DNA of 63,887 bases, the filler included. It is 6 parts of 6 records of this genome, joined end to end, with 100 filler letters (N's around TTAATTAATTAA, not from the genome) between each part and the next. Parts side by side here need not be neighbours in the genome. Positions count along the whole stretch, not along the records: positions 34,762 to 56,818 come from SRR22947725_462; 5 more parts are not named here. One strand, 5' to 3'. Under the pieces are notes generated by a model. It did not search any database, was not told the origin of the DNA, and was given only the letters and a program-made list of their open reading frames with translations. The position numbers and the translations under genes are program-made. This document shows positions 42,448 to 52,869 of this stretch, piece after piece. Numbering within the stretch: position 1 is the first letter of the stretch; the number at the start of each line of letters is the position of its first letter.

Positions 42448-43080
42448 TTATTTTTTAATTTTAGGAGTTACTATACCTCCTGAAATCACCATTTTAACTG
42501 CATCCTCAATTTTCATATGCATGTAAATCAAATCTTTTTTTGGAAAAAATAAAAGAAAACCACTTGTTGGATTAGGAGTGGTAGGTATAAAGACATTTAT
42601 TAGTTTTTCGTTTTTTAATGATTGAACCTCACCTTTAGTTTCACCAGTTACAAAGCCTATAACCCAAACACCTTTCCTTGGATATTCTACTAAAACAACT
42701 TCTCTAAAACTATTAGAGTTAGTTGACATAATAGTTTCCATTACTTGTTTAATAGCTCCATAAACACTTCTGACTACTGGCATTTTATCTAAAACTCGTT
42801 CTCCAAATTTTAGAAGCGTTCTACCTAAAAAACCAGGTGTCAGAGCACCTATGAATGTAATAAAAATAATGCTTATTATTAATCCTATACCAGGAATTTG
42901 ATGAGGTAGTTTTTTTGTAAAATCTAAACTTTCCGGTAATAAGGAAGCTACCTGAGTATCTACGAATGTTATAATAATCCATGTTACATATATAGTTATT
43001 AAAATTGGAGTTATAACTAAAATACCAGCTAGAAAATATCTTCTAAATCTTACAAAAATACCTAAATTGTTTTCTGGCAA
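42448..43080 (-). CDS. DUF502 membrane protein
   Basis: RRYFLAG, VLVEYPRKG, VFIPTTPNPTSGF, ISGG. Confidence 0.9.
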   Translation of the reverse strand: MPENNLGIFVRFRRYFLAGILVITPILITIYVTWIIITFVDTQVASLLPESLDFTKKLPHQIPGIGLIISIIFITFIGALTPGFLGRTLLKFGERVLDKMPVVRSVYGAIKQVMETIMSTNSNSFREVVLVEYPRKGVWVIGFVTGETKGEVQSLKNEKLINVFIPTTPNPTSGFLLFFPKKDLIYMHMKIEDAVKMVISGGIVTPKIKK

Positions 43081-43151
43081 TTTATGACTCCAAACATTAT
43101 AAATTAAATATGCAATTTAATGTATGTAAATAACACAAAAACGGAAAATAA

Positions 43152-43994
43152 ATGAAAAAAATTTCTGAAACAGATTTAAACAATCTTAATAAATTAGTTT
43201 CTATAGAAAAAATAAGAAAAATTATTGAAATTTTGAGAGATCCTGACAAAGGTTGTCCGTGGGACATAAAACAAGATTACCAATCATTAGCCCCCTACTC
43301 TATTGAAGAAGCATATGAATTAGTTAATGCAATAGAAAATAATGATATTAATAATATTAAAAGCGAATTAGGAGATTTATTATTACAAGTTATTTTAATT
43401 TCTCAAGTTGCTGCAGACAAAGGTGATTTTGATTTTGATGATGTTGCAAACGAGATTTCTAAAAAGATAATAAGACGTCACCCTCAAATATTTGATCATA
43501 CTTATAAAATCAAAGATTTACCTAATCAAAGTTGGGAGAGAATTAAGAATGCTGAGAAAAGTGATAACAAAACAGAGAGTAAACATATATTAGATACAGT
43601 TGAAACTAATATTCCATCAAATATTAGATCCATTAAAATTCAAAAGAAAGCAGCTTCTCTTAACTTTGATTGGGACAATGAAACACAAGTTTTAACAAAA
43701 GTAGATGAGGAATTACATGAACTTAAAGAAGCTATAATAAATAATCATAAAGAAAATATAGAAGAAGAACTAGGTGATGTTTTCTTTACAATATTAAACT
43801 TAACTAGACATTTAAAATTAGACCCTGATCAGACGATAAGAAAAGCAAATAATAAATTTATTCATAGATTTAACACTATGGAAAACATTCTTGAACAGAC
43901 TGATTTAAAATGGCATGATTTAAGTAAAGCTGATTTCGAGAAACTATGGAATAAAGCTAAATCTATACTTAAAGAGGATAAAAATGAATTCTAA
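43152..43994 (+). CDS. mazG: Nucleoside triphosphate pyrophosphohydrolase MazG
   Basis: LRDPDKGCPWD, IEEAYE, ELGDLLLQV, RRHP and a second EELGD domain. Confidence 0.95.
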   Translation: MKKISETDLNNLNKLVSIEKIRKIIEILRDPDKGCPWDIKQDYQSLAPYSIEEAYELVNAIENNDINNIKSELGDLLLQVILISQVAADKGDFDFDDVANEISKKIIRRHPQIFDHTYKIKDLPNQSWERIKNAEKSDNKTESKHILDTVETNIPSNIRSIKIQKKAASLNFDWDNETQVLTKVDEELHELKEAIINNHKENIEEELGDVFFTILNLTRHLKLDPDQTIRKANNKFIHRFNTMENILEQTDLKWHDLSKADFEKLWNKAKSILKEDKNEF

Positions 43995-44748
43995 ATTACC
44001 TAAAACAATTTTTATTACTGGAGCAACATCTGGTTTTGGCATGGCTACTGCTAAATTATTTAACAAAAATGGTTGGCAAACAATTATAACAGGTAGAAGA
44101 GCTGATCGCTTAGAAGAACTAGCTGCAGAATTAGGCAACGGTTCTTTACCTTTATCCTTTGATGTAGGTGATAGAAGATCTGTAAAGACAGCTATAGATA
44201 ATCTTCCACCAAATTTTAATAATATATGTGTTTTATGCAACAACGCTGGTCTTGCATTAGGTTTAGAAGGCGCTGATAATGCAAATCTTGACGATTGGGA
44301 CCAAATGATAGACACAAACATAAAAGGTATGATTTATACAACTAGAAACATATTACCTTTAATGATTGAAAATGGTGAAGGTCATATAATTAACCTTGGT
44401 TCAGTTGCAGGATCTTATCCCTACCCAGGTGGGAATGTATATGGAGGCACTAAAGCTTTTGTAAGTCAGTTTTCCTTGAATTTGCGAGCTGATTTAGTAA
44501 ACAAAGGTATAAATGTAACTTCTTTAGAACCAGGACTGGCTGAAACTGAGTTTTCTATTGTCAGATTTAAAGGTGATAGAGATAAAGCTTCTCAAGTTTA
44601 TAAAGATACTAAAGTTATTAATCCAGAGGATATAGCTGATGCTGTATACTGGATTGCAACAAGACCAAAAAACATTAACATAAACAGAATGGAAATTATG
44701 GCTGGCGATCAAGCTTTTAACCCATTCAATGTAGTTAAAAGGACCTAA
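43984..44748 (+). CDS. Short-chain dehydrogenase, YdfG-like NADP-dependent 3-hydroxy acid dehydrogenase
   Basis: TGATSGFG, NNAGLALG, YPGGNVYGGTKAFV, ETEFSIVRF. Confidence 0.9.
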   Translation: MNSKLPKTIFITGATSGFGMATAKLFNKNGWQTIITGRRADRLEELAAELGNGSLPLSFDVGDRRSVKTAIDNLPPNFNNICVLCNNAGLALGLEGADNANLDDWDQMIDTNIKGMIYTTRNILPLMIENGEGHIINLGSVAGSYPYPGGNVYGGTKAFVSQFSLNLRADLVNKGINVTSLEPGLAETEFSIVRFKGDRDKASQVYKDTKVINPEDIADAVYWIATRPKNININRMEIMAGDQAFNPFNVVKRT

Positions 44749-45623
44749 ATTAATTGTTTCCTATATAGGTTGCTTTGAGGAATTGCAATTTCTCTTACTT
44801 CATCCCATATATTACTATTAGTGGCAGCTAAAATAGGCCCTTTAGATTTAATATTAAACTCTTCTTTAAACCTAGCCATATAGACACAACCTCCAGCTTC
44901 TTTTATAATAAGATCTAATGGTGAGTGATCCCATGGCGTAACTCTACCATGAAAAACAAATTGAATTTTATTAGTAACTAGCATCATGGTTTCTATACCG
45001 GCAGAACCAACAAACACTCTTTTAGTAAAAGATCGTAAATTACTTAAAATGGATTTCCTAAAAACTTCGGGTATACCTTTGGTACCACCTGAACCAATAA
45101 TTTTATTTAAAGGGTCTAGCTCTAAATTTAATTTATTCGATTGTTTAGTTTCTAAATCAAATATATAGGCACCAATACCTTTAAATGCATATATAAATTG
45201 CCTTTGTAAAGGTTTATAAATAAAGGAAGCTATTGGAAAAGAATGTTTAACTAATGATATCATTGAACAGAAGTTTTCATTACCATTTATATAATTTTTT
45301 GTTCCGTCAATGGGGTCAATCACCCATAACAGTGGTTCATTTAATAAACTTAAAAAATTTTCTTTATCAAGAAAAGCAGTTTCTTCACCTATAATCTTGG
45401 TGTTATCAAGGAAATTAGAAAGTTTTTTAGTTATATAATCTTCACTCTTTTTGTCAGCAACACTTACGAAATCATCAGTAGAGCTCTTTATGTCAATATC
45501 TTTTGGTGTAAGTTTATTAAAATAATTTAAAACAATTTTTTCATTAACATCTATCAAAATGTTAACAATAAAATCTAATATTTCATTTCTAATTGATTTA
45601 CTATTTATAATGTTACTTAACAT
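44745..45623 (-). CDS. Inositol monophosphatase family protein
   Basis: DFVSVADK, GEE, WVIDPIDGTKNY, PWDH. Confidence 0.9.
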   Translation of the reverse strand: MLSNIINSKSIRNEILDFIVNILIDVNEKIVLNYFNKLTPKDIDIKSSTDDFVSVADKKSEDYITKKLSNFLDNTKIIGEETAFLDKENFLSLLNEPLLWVIDPIDGTKNYINGNENFCSMISLVKHSFPIASFIYKPLQRQFIYAFKGIGAYIFDLETKQSNKLNLELDPLNKIIGSGGTKGIPEVFRKSILSNLRSFTKRVFVGSAGIETMMLVTNKIQFVFHGRVTPWDHSPLDLIIKEAGGCVYMARFKEEFNIKSKGPILAATNSNIWDEVREIAIPQSNLYRKQLI

Positions 45624-45643
45624 AATTACTCATGCAATTTAAA

Positions 45644-46954
45644 TTATATAAAATTAAAATTTATATGTGGAAACTTTGATTTAAATTTATTCAGATTAAC
45701 AGAAGAAATTTTGACTTTTATTTTATTAATATCAAAGTTTATTTGACAAATTTTATTGTCATAAACATAAGAGTTTTTATAAAGCCAAGAATTTATGCTT
45801 AGATTATTTAAAGGTATTGAAAAATTAATATTTAAAAAATTATTTTCAAGTAAATTGAAAATAAGCTGCTTTAATCCAACAAGACCATTCTTTTCAACAG
45901 CTGAAGTATAAATAAATTTATCCATATATTTAATTTTGATGTCTGTAGTATCTGAATTTAAATCTTGTTTATTAAACACATGAATAATTTTAGTTTCCAA
46001 GTCTTGTTCAGAAAAACCAATTTGAAATAGAGTTTGTATTACCAAATTAGCTTGATTTTCAACGTTTTCGTTTGATAAATCATGAACTAATAATAAAAAG
46101 TCAGCAGAAAAAAGCTCTTCTAAAGAAGCATTAAATGCAGTGATGAGCTCAGTAGGCAAAGCTGAAATAAAACCAACTGTATCCGTAAGAATAATTTGTT
46201 TTTTCTCAGGAAAATTGACTAAACTCATTTTAGTGTCAAGAGTAGCAAATACCATATCTTTCACTAAAACTTCAGCTTTTGTTAAATTATTAAAAATTGA
46301 AGATTTACCACTATTAGTATAACCAACTAAAGAAAAAATTAACTTTGAATTTATTTTTCTTCTTCTTCTTTGCAACTCTCTTGTTTTCTTTACAGTGATT
46401 AATAGATTTTTTATTTGTTTAATTTTTGTATCAATTATTCTTTTATCTAATTCTAATTGACTTTCTCCTGGTCCACCAACTTTACTTAAACCACCTCTTT
46501 GTCTTTCTAAATGAGTCCATGATCTAACTAATCTTGTTTTTTGAAAACTTAAATTAGCTAATTCTACTTGCAGCTTTCCCTCTTTGGTTTTGGCTCGCAA
46601 ACCAAATATTTCAATTATTAACTGTGTCCTATCAATTATTTTTTTATTAAAAGCTTTTTCTAAATTTCTATGTTGAACAGGAGATAATGAACAATCGACA
46701 ATTATTAAATCAATTAAATCAAGATTAAAATTTGATATAATTTCATTAATTACTGTTGAAGAAAAAAATAATGAAGATTTAGGTATTGAAATATTAATAA
46801 TTTTTTCATAAAAAATTTTACTATTTAACGCTTCTCCTAAACTTCGGGTTTCAGCAGAGCGTGAAATAAAGTTTTCTTGATTAAAAATTTCGTTTTGTAA
46901 AAATTTTAAGTTTTTAAAAATTGGTAATAGTAAAAATATATTATAATTATTCAT
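45644..46954 (-). CDS. hflX: GTPase HflX
   Basis: RAKTKEGKLQVELA, WTHLERQRGG, GPGE, GYTNSGKS, FATLD, DTVGFI, NKQD. Confidence 0.95.
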   Translation of the reverse strand: MNNYNIFLLLPIFKNLKFLQNEIFNQENFISRSAETRSLGEALNSKIFYEKIINISIPKSSLFFSSTVINEIISNFNLDLIDLIIVDCSLSPVQHRNLEKAFNKKIIDRTQLIIEIFGLRAKTKEGKLQVELANLSFQKTRLVRSWTHLERQRGGLSKVGGPGESQLELDKRIIDTKIKQIKNLLITVKKTRELQRRRRKINSKLIFSLVGYTNSGKSSIFNNLTKAEVLVKDMVFATLDTKMSLVNFPEKKQIILTDTVGFISALPTELITAFNASLEELFSADFLLLVHDLSNENVENQANLVIQTLFQIGFSEQDLETKIIHVFNKQDLNSDTTDIKIKYMDKFIYTSAVEKNGLVGLKQLIFNLLENNFLNINFSIPLNNLSINSWLYKNSYVYDNKICQINFDINKIKVKISSVNLNKFKSKFPHINFNFI

Positions 46955-46961
46955 AATTTAA

Positions 46962-47810
46962 TTATGAGTGTTTAAAATTATCAAAATATAATTTTCTTAA
47001 TTCTAAAGCAATATTACCAACAAGACCTTGATTTATAATATGGTCATCAATTTGAACAATTGGCATAATAAAAGATGAGGCACTAGTTAAAAAAACCTCT
47101 TTAGCATTATAAAGTTCAATTTGAGTAAATTTCTTTTCAACTACCGTTATATTATTTTTTTTTGCAAATAAAGAAATAGAATTTCTAGTTATACCTGATA
47201 GAATTTTTCCATCAAGATTTCTGGTAATCAATTGATTCTCTTTATTTAAAGCCCATATGTTAGAACTCGATCCTTCCGTAACGTAACCTTCATCATCAAT
47301 AAAAATACATTCATAGGCATTATTTTTATTCGCTAAAGTTTTTGCTAACACATTTGGAAGAAGTTGTGTTGTTTTTATATCTGGTCGGGACCATCTGTTA
47401 TCATTTAAAGTAATCGCTTTCACACCGTTTATATTATTTTCAATATTTGATTTTTTCGTTAGTATAATAGTTAAAATTGGTTTTATGTTTAAACCATGAA
47501 AGCTATGATTTCTCTCTGCTACCCCTCTTGAAACTTGTATGTAAACACTACCTATAATAGCTTTATTCAATCTAATAAGGTTGTTTATAATTATTTTTAA
47601 TGATGATGAGGATAGTGAAAATTTAATTTCTAAAGATTTCAATGACTTAAATAATCTTTGTATATGACCATCATAATCGTAAAAAATATTTTTGTTAAAT
47701 ATAATAACTTCATAAACAGCATCTCCAAAATGATATCCTCTATCATTTACGTGAATTTTAGAGTCTTCATAATTCAAGTACTTTCCATCTATATATGTAA
47801 TGTTTGGCAT
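46962..47810 (-). CDS. dat: D-amino-acid transaminase (class IV aminotransferase)
   Basis: DRGYHFGDAVYEV, YIQVSRG, DIKTTQLLPNVLAK, TEGSSSN, ILSGITR. Confidence 0.88.
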   Translation of the reverse strand: MPNITYIDGKYLNYEDSKIHVNDRGYHFGDAVYEVIIFNKNIFYDYDGHIQRLFKSLKSLEIKFSLSSSSLKIIINNLIRLNKAIIGSVYIQVSRGVAERNHSFHGLNIKPILTIILTKKSNIENNINGVKAITLNDNRWSRPDIKTTQLLPNVLAKTLANKNNAYECIFIDDEGYVTEGSSSNIWALNKENQLITRNLDGKILSGITRNSISLFAKKNNITVVEKKFTQIELYNAKEVFLTSASSFIMPIVQIDDHIINQGLVGNIALELRKLYFDNFKHS

Positions 47811-49195
47811 TAAAAGAAATCCAAGTTAACTGATAAAAGCTCTTCAACTTTTTTCATTGACTTTACTGGTACAAACATTACTACGATGTCTCCTGGTTCA
47901 ATAATAGTAATACCTCTAGGTGATAAGATAGATTGGTCTTCTTTAACTATAGCTCCAAGAGATACATCCTTGGGTAATTTAATATCTTTTAATTTTTTAC
48001 CAACAATAGAAGAAGATTTCAATGCTTCAAAAGAGATAATCTCACCAAATTCTTCTATAATTGAATGTACATGTTCTATTTGTCCACTTCTAACTTCTTG
48101 AAGAATAGATGAAGATGTGAGATTAGGTGGGCTAACAACACCCTCTAGATCAAGAGAATTAAATAGAGGTATAAAAACAGGTAAATTTATTAAAGCTACT
48201 GTATGAGAGGCGCCTGATCTTTTAGCTAATAAAGACGATAAGATATTAACTTCATCGTTGTTAGTAGCTGCAATATAAGTTTCACCTTGACCTAGTCTAG
48301 CTTCTTTTATTATTTCTGGATCTAATGAATCACCCGATATGATAGTTGCGTACTCAAGAGTTTCTGCAGCATGTCTAGCTTTATCTTTATCTAATTCTAA
48401 AATTGTTAAATTAGTTTCAGGAGATATTTTATGTATTTCTTCTGCTACTCTTATACCTATTGCTCCAGCTCCTGATATTGTTACTTTCTCAGCTGTAATT
48501 TCTGCATGACCGAATGCCTTTAAAGTTCTATCAATTTGCATTGTTGGGCAAGCTAAATAAACTCTATCACCTGACAAAATAATGTCATCACCACCCCTGG
48601 GTACTATAAGTATAGTACCCCTTATAATAGCCATTACAGTAACAGATAAATCAGGAAATAAATCAATTAGGTTTCTTAGAGGAGTATCAAGTATTGGACA
48701 ATCATTTTTACAAGATACACCTAACATTGTTATAGAAGATCGAGCAAATTCTGCAACATCAAATGCCCCTGGAGTTCTCCATTGATTTACAATGGCAGAT
48801 GCAACTTCATCTTCAGGAGAGATTATACGATTTACTTTTACATCTTTTAATAAATATTCAACATACCTTGGTTCAAGATAAGCTTTTGATCTAATACGAA
48901 TTATCATTGTAGGAGTAGAAAATATAGATTTTGCAATATGACAAGCGGCAATATTAATCTCGTCAGATTGTGTGACAGCAATGATCATGTCAGCATCATT
49001 AATTCCAGCATCTTCAAGAACATTGGGGTGCGATGCAAGACCAAGTACTCCTTGAACATCATATAGCTCAGTAACTTTTTGAATGGCTTCAACATTTGAG
49101 TCAATAACAGTAATGTCAAAACCTTCGTTAGAAAGATGTTCAGTAATAGAAATTCCAACTCTACCTGCACCACAAATTATTATTTTTTGTTTCAT
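47810..49195 (-). CDS. trkA: Trk system potassium transporter TrkA
   Basis: Two RCK modules (ICGAGRVG and SGAGAIG), AVTQSDEIN, TNNDEVNI. Confidence 0.95.
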   Translation of the reverse strand: MKQKIIICGAGRVGISITEHLSNEGFDITVIDSNVEAIQKVTELYDVQGVLGLASHPNVLEDAGINDADMIIAVTQSDEINIAACHIAKSIFSTPTMIIRIRSKAYLEPRYVEYLLKDVKVNRIISPEDEVASAIVNQWRTPGAFDVAEFARSSITMLGVSCKNDCPILDTPLRNLIDLFPDLSVTVMAIIRGTILIVPRGGDDIILSGDRVYLACPTMQIDRTLKAFGHAEITAEKVTISGAGAIGIRVAEEIHKISPETNLTILELDKDKARHAAETLEYATIISGDSLDPEIIKEARLGQGETYIAATNNDEVNILSSLLAKRSGASHTVALINLPVFIPLFNSLDLEGVVSPPNLTSSSILQEVRSGQIEHVHSIIEEFGEIISFEALKSSSIVGKKLKDIKLPKDVSLGAIVKEDQSILSPRGITIIEPGDIVVMFVPVKSMKKVEELLSVNLDFF

Positions 49196-49226
49196 TTAAT
49201 TACCTTTAGTTTTTATATCAAACAAG

Positions 49227-50627
49227 TTAATTCAATTTATTAATATTGATATCTAATTCTTTTATCTTTCTGTGTAATGCAGATCTATCCATCCCAACAA
49301 AACTAGATGTTCTTGCTATATTTCCTTTAAATCTAATTAATTGTTGTTTCAGGTAATTTGCTTCAAAAACTTTCCTAGCATCTTTTAAAGATAATTCTAA
49401 ATCAGAAACATTATTTTTTTTATTAATCATAGGGTCATGCCCTAAAATTTCAGGAGGTAAATCAGTTGGTTTAATTAAATAATCTTTTTGAGATCCATGC
49501 ATAATAATTAACCATTCTAAAACATTTTTAAGTTGCCGAATATTACCAGGCCAATCATAGTTTTGGAATATTGCGATTGTTTCAGGTGATAAATTTAAGT
49601 TAAAACTTGTCAAATCTTTTGTTAATAATTTAAAAAAGTATTCAACAAGACTATTTATGTCTTCTGTACGCTTATTTAATGGTGGTATCTCAATTGGAAC
49701 CACTGAAAGCCTGTAAAACAAGTCCTCCCTAAGAATACCTTTTTCAATTGAATTTAATAAATTTTGGTTACTAGCTGAGATAATACGAACATCTACATGA
49801 ACTTTATTATTTGAGTCTATTTTATAAAAACTTTGATCTTGGATGGCTTGAACTAATTTGCCTTGTGTTTCAAGAGGTAAGTCACAAATTTCATCAAAAA
49901 AAAGAGTACCATGATTTGCTTGTTCAAATAATCCAACATTAGAGTTATTAGTAATATTTTTATCAGTAACGTTGCTCCAACCAAATAATACTTGTTCTAC
50001 TCTTTCCGGCGACAAAGTTGCACAAGATGCAATTATAAAAGGGAAAGTATCTCTATTTGATTTTTTATGAATTAATCTTGCTATAAGTTCTTTTCCTGAT
50101 CCAGATGGACCTGTAATTAAAATTCTACTATTATTAGTAGATAATTTATTTAACTGTGTTTTAATGTTTCTGATAGCTAAAGATTTACCAATAAGCTCCA
50201 TACGCTCATTTTCTTTGGCCTCAAACTCAGATATTTTTATTTTTAAGTTACGATCATTTAGGGCTTTTTCAACTAGTAATAATAATCGTTCAGATTTAAA
50301 AGGTTTTTCTATAAAATCAAAAGCTCCTGTTTTTGCAGCTATCATAGCAGTTTCAATATTGCCATGGCCAGACATCATGATAACTGGGATTAAGGAATTA
50401 TATTCTTTACTCCACTTTAAAATTTCTAACCCAGCTTTAGTATTATTGTTCATCCATATGTCAGTAATTAAAAGACTAATATTTTCATTTTGAATAATAT
50501 TAATAGCTTCGTCTAAATTATTTGCTATTTTTGTTTTATAACCTTCATCTTTAAGAATTATTGAAACCATTTCGCAAATATCATTTTCGTCATCGATTAT
50601 AAGAATAGATATATTATTTTTTATCAT
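49227..50627 (-). CDS. ntrX: Response regulator NtrX
   Basis: REC (DIWM, SGHGNIETA), AAA+ (GPSGSGKE, FDEIC, no GAFTGA), HTH VGMDRSALHRK. Confidence 0.93.
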   Translation of the reverse strand: MIKNNISILIIDDENDICEMVSIILKDEGYKTKIANNLDEAINIIQNENISLLITDIWMNNNTKAGLEILKWSKEYNSLIPVIMMSGHGNIETAMIAAKTGAFDFIEKPFKSERLLLLVEKALNDRNLKIKISEFEAKENERMELIGKSLAIRNIKTQLNKLSTNNSRILITGPSGSGKELIARLIHKKSNRDTFPFIIASCATLSPERVEQVLFGWSNVTDKNITNNSNVGLFEQANHGTLFFDEICDLPLETQGKLVQAIQDQSFYKIDSNNKVHVDVRIISASNQNLLNSIEKGILREDLFYRLSVVPIEIPPLNKRTEDINSLVEYFFKLLTKDLTSFNLNLSPETIAIFQNYDWPGNIRQLKNVLEWLIIMHGSQKDYLIKPTDLPPEILGHDPMINKKNNVSDLELSLKDARKVFEANYLKQQLIRFKGNIARTSSFVGMDRSALHRKIKELDININKLN

Positions 50628-52830
50628 CTACAAAACTCATATTTTTATATTTATCTTTAGTTAAAGGAAATTTTAACAATATATCGATACCATCATCTGA
50701 TTTTAAATTTTTAATTAACATTGATCCATTATGATCATCAATAATTTTTTTTGTAATAGACAAGCCAAGGCCAGAGTTATTTTTTTTAGTGGTAAAATAT
50801 GGATCTATAATTTTAGAAACATCAGAACTATTTATACCTGTTCCATTATCATGAATAGATATCGAAACAGAATCTTTGTTTATTTTATAAAAAATTGAAA
50901 CTTTGCCATCTTTTATTTTATTCATTGATAAGTTTTCGTATGAATTTTTTATTAAATTACTAATAGCTTGTCTAATTTGCTTATCATCTCCCATAATTAA
51001 TGCGGATGGGATAATATTGTCTACTGTGATTGTTATATTATCAAATGAAGTAACTAATGGTGTTATATATTCATTTATGACTTTTGTTATATTTATAATT
51101 TTTAGTTTAGGAGAAGGCATTCTAGCAAATGATGAAAATTCATTAACTAGATGATGTATGTCATCAACTTGACGATTTATCATATTAAGAGATTGTTCAA
51201 ATTTTTTTTTATCCAAATTTTTATTACTATTTAAAAGATTTATTAATCTTTCAGATGCTAAGCGTATAGGAGTTAAGGGGTTTTTTATTTCATGCGCTAT
51301 TCGTCTTGCAATATCTGACCATGCTCCCATTTTTTGGGCAGCAATTAGTGAAGTAATATCATCAAAGGTAAGTACATAACCTAAAATTAAATCATCTGAT
51401 TTTTGAACAACAATCCTTGTTATTAAATTTAAAATTTTATCATCTTTAATTATCTGGATCTTATCTTCAACTACATCATCTCTAGTTTTTAATAAATGTT
51501 TTATTAAATCAGAAAATTCAGGAACAACTTCTATTAATGGTTTACCATAACTGTTTTCAATTGATATATTTAGTATTTTTGATGCAGTCAAATTAGGTAA
51601 ATTTATTTTAAGATCTTTATCTAAACCAATTACACCTGAGTAAACTCCAGACAATACAGATTCAGAAAATTTCCTTCTTTTATCTAACTGATCATTAGCA
51701 AGCTCTAGATCTAATCTATTTGTTTTTAAATCTAAAATCATTTTATTGAACGCTTGACCAAGTATTTTTAATTCATTAATATTTATATTGTTTAATACTT
51801 GATTAGTAATTTTATAATTAAGGTTACCACTTCCTACTTCCTCTGCAGCACCTATTAACGAACCTATAGGCCCCACTAATTTATTGGCTATATTTAAACC
51901 AATTACCATGGCAATTAATAAAATAAATGTTGTTAAGAGGATAAATAATAAAACAAATGATATTTTAAAATCAAATTGATCTAGTTCTATAGATTGATAA
52001 TCAGAAACGGCAATAGAAGTACTTTCAATAGCATTTAAGACTTTTTCGTCAACAAACCTAGTTATTAATAAATAAGCATCAATATATTGAGATAATTTTA
52101 AAAATGCTCTCATTTTATTTGAACCATCTTCTTTAGCTATGATTATCTCACCTTGGTTTGATTTATTATAATAATTTTGAGAAATTTCTGTATACGTATA
52201 CTCAAAAACAAAACCTGAAGAGGCTAAAACATTACCTATAGAATCGATAATGACAGCTTCAGATAAATCATGTTTAAGTGTATAATTATTTAAATATTTA
52301 TTAAATTTTTGTTTGTCAGATGATAAAATATTTGCATTTACATTTAAAACATTAGCCAATTCAAGAATATCACCTCTCATTGCATTTTGATGTTCAAGCA
52401 AGTATTTATTTGCAACTTCAACTGATTGAGTAATAGCCGTTGAAATTTTTTTATTAAACCAACCATTTAAAGTTGTATCAAAAATAAATACTGCAAATAA
52501 AGCAATAATAATTGTTGGAGTTAAAGCAATTATTGAGAAGGTAAATAATATTTTTTTTTGAAGTTCTAAACCAGCTTTTTTACTTTTAATATCATTAAAA
52601 AAAACTGAAATGTTTTTAAAAAATATACAAAAACACACAGATAACATTATTGTAATAAAAAATAAAACTAATAGATAAATATTAAAATAATTATCTACAA
52701 AGTCGAAACTCCGAAGAAAACTATGTAATAATAATAATAGTAAAAAAGATAAAATAAGTGATAAGGGGTATAATTTTTGTTTAAAAATATTAATAATTAA
52801 AAAATACATATTAAAATCCAATAAAAACAA
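50614..52830 (-). CDS. ntrY: Sensor histidine kinase NtrY
   Basis: TM-HAMP-PAS architecture, AWSDIARRIAHEIKNPLTPI, EFSSFARMP, GLGL. Confidence 0.93.
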   Translation of the reverse strand: MFLLDFNMYFLIINIFKQKLYPLSLILSFLLLLLLHSFLRSFDFVDNYFNIYLLVLFFITIMLSVCFCIFFKNISVFFNDIKSKKAGLELQKKILFTFSIIALTPTIIIALFAVFIFDTTLNGWFNKKISTAITQSVEVANKYLLEHQNAMRGDILELANVLNVNANILSSDKQKFNKYLNNYTLKHDLSEAVIIDSIGNVLASSGFVFEYTYTEISQNYYNKSNQGEIIIAKEDGSNKMRAFLKLSQYIDAYLLITRFVDEKVLNAIESTSIAVSDYQSIELDQFDFKISFVLLFILLTTFILLIAMVIGLNIANKLVGPIGSLIGAAEEVGSGNLNYKITNQVLNNININELKILGQAFNKMILDLKTNRLDLELANDQLDKRRKFSESVLSGVYSGVIGLDKDLKINLPNLTASKILNISIENSYGKPLIEVVPEFSDLIKHLLKTRDDVVEDKIQIIKDDKILNLITRIVVQKSDDLILGYVLTFDDITSLIAAQKMGAWSDIARRIAHEIKNPLTPIRLASERLINLLNSNKNLDKKKFEQSLNMINRQVDDIHHLVNEFSSFARMPSPKLKIINITKVINEYITPLVTSFDNITITVDNIIPSALIMGDDKQIRQAISNLIKNSYENLSMNKIKDGKVSIFYKINKDSVSISIHDNGTGINSSDVSKIIDPYFTTKKNNSGLGLSITKKIIDDHNGSMLIKNLKSDDGIDILLKFPLTKDKYKNMSFVDDKK

Positions 52831-52869
52831 ATTTTAATATAAAGCATATAAGTAAAATAATACATATCT

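Noticed and set aside
43152..43994. mazG as an anti-phage or toxin-antitoxin component
   Set aside because: It is the ordinary tandem-domain housekeeping MazG in its usual neighbourhood near hflX, with no mazEF or defence genes nearby
49227..50627. NtrX lacking GAFTGA as a novelty
   Set aside because: This is an established feature of alphaproteobacterial NtrX
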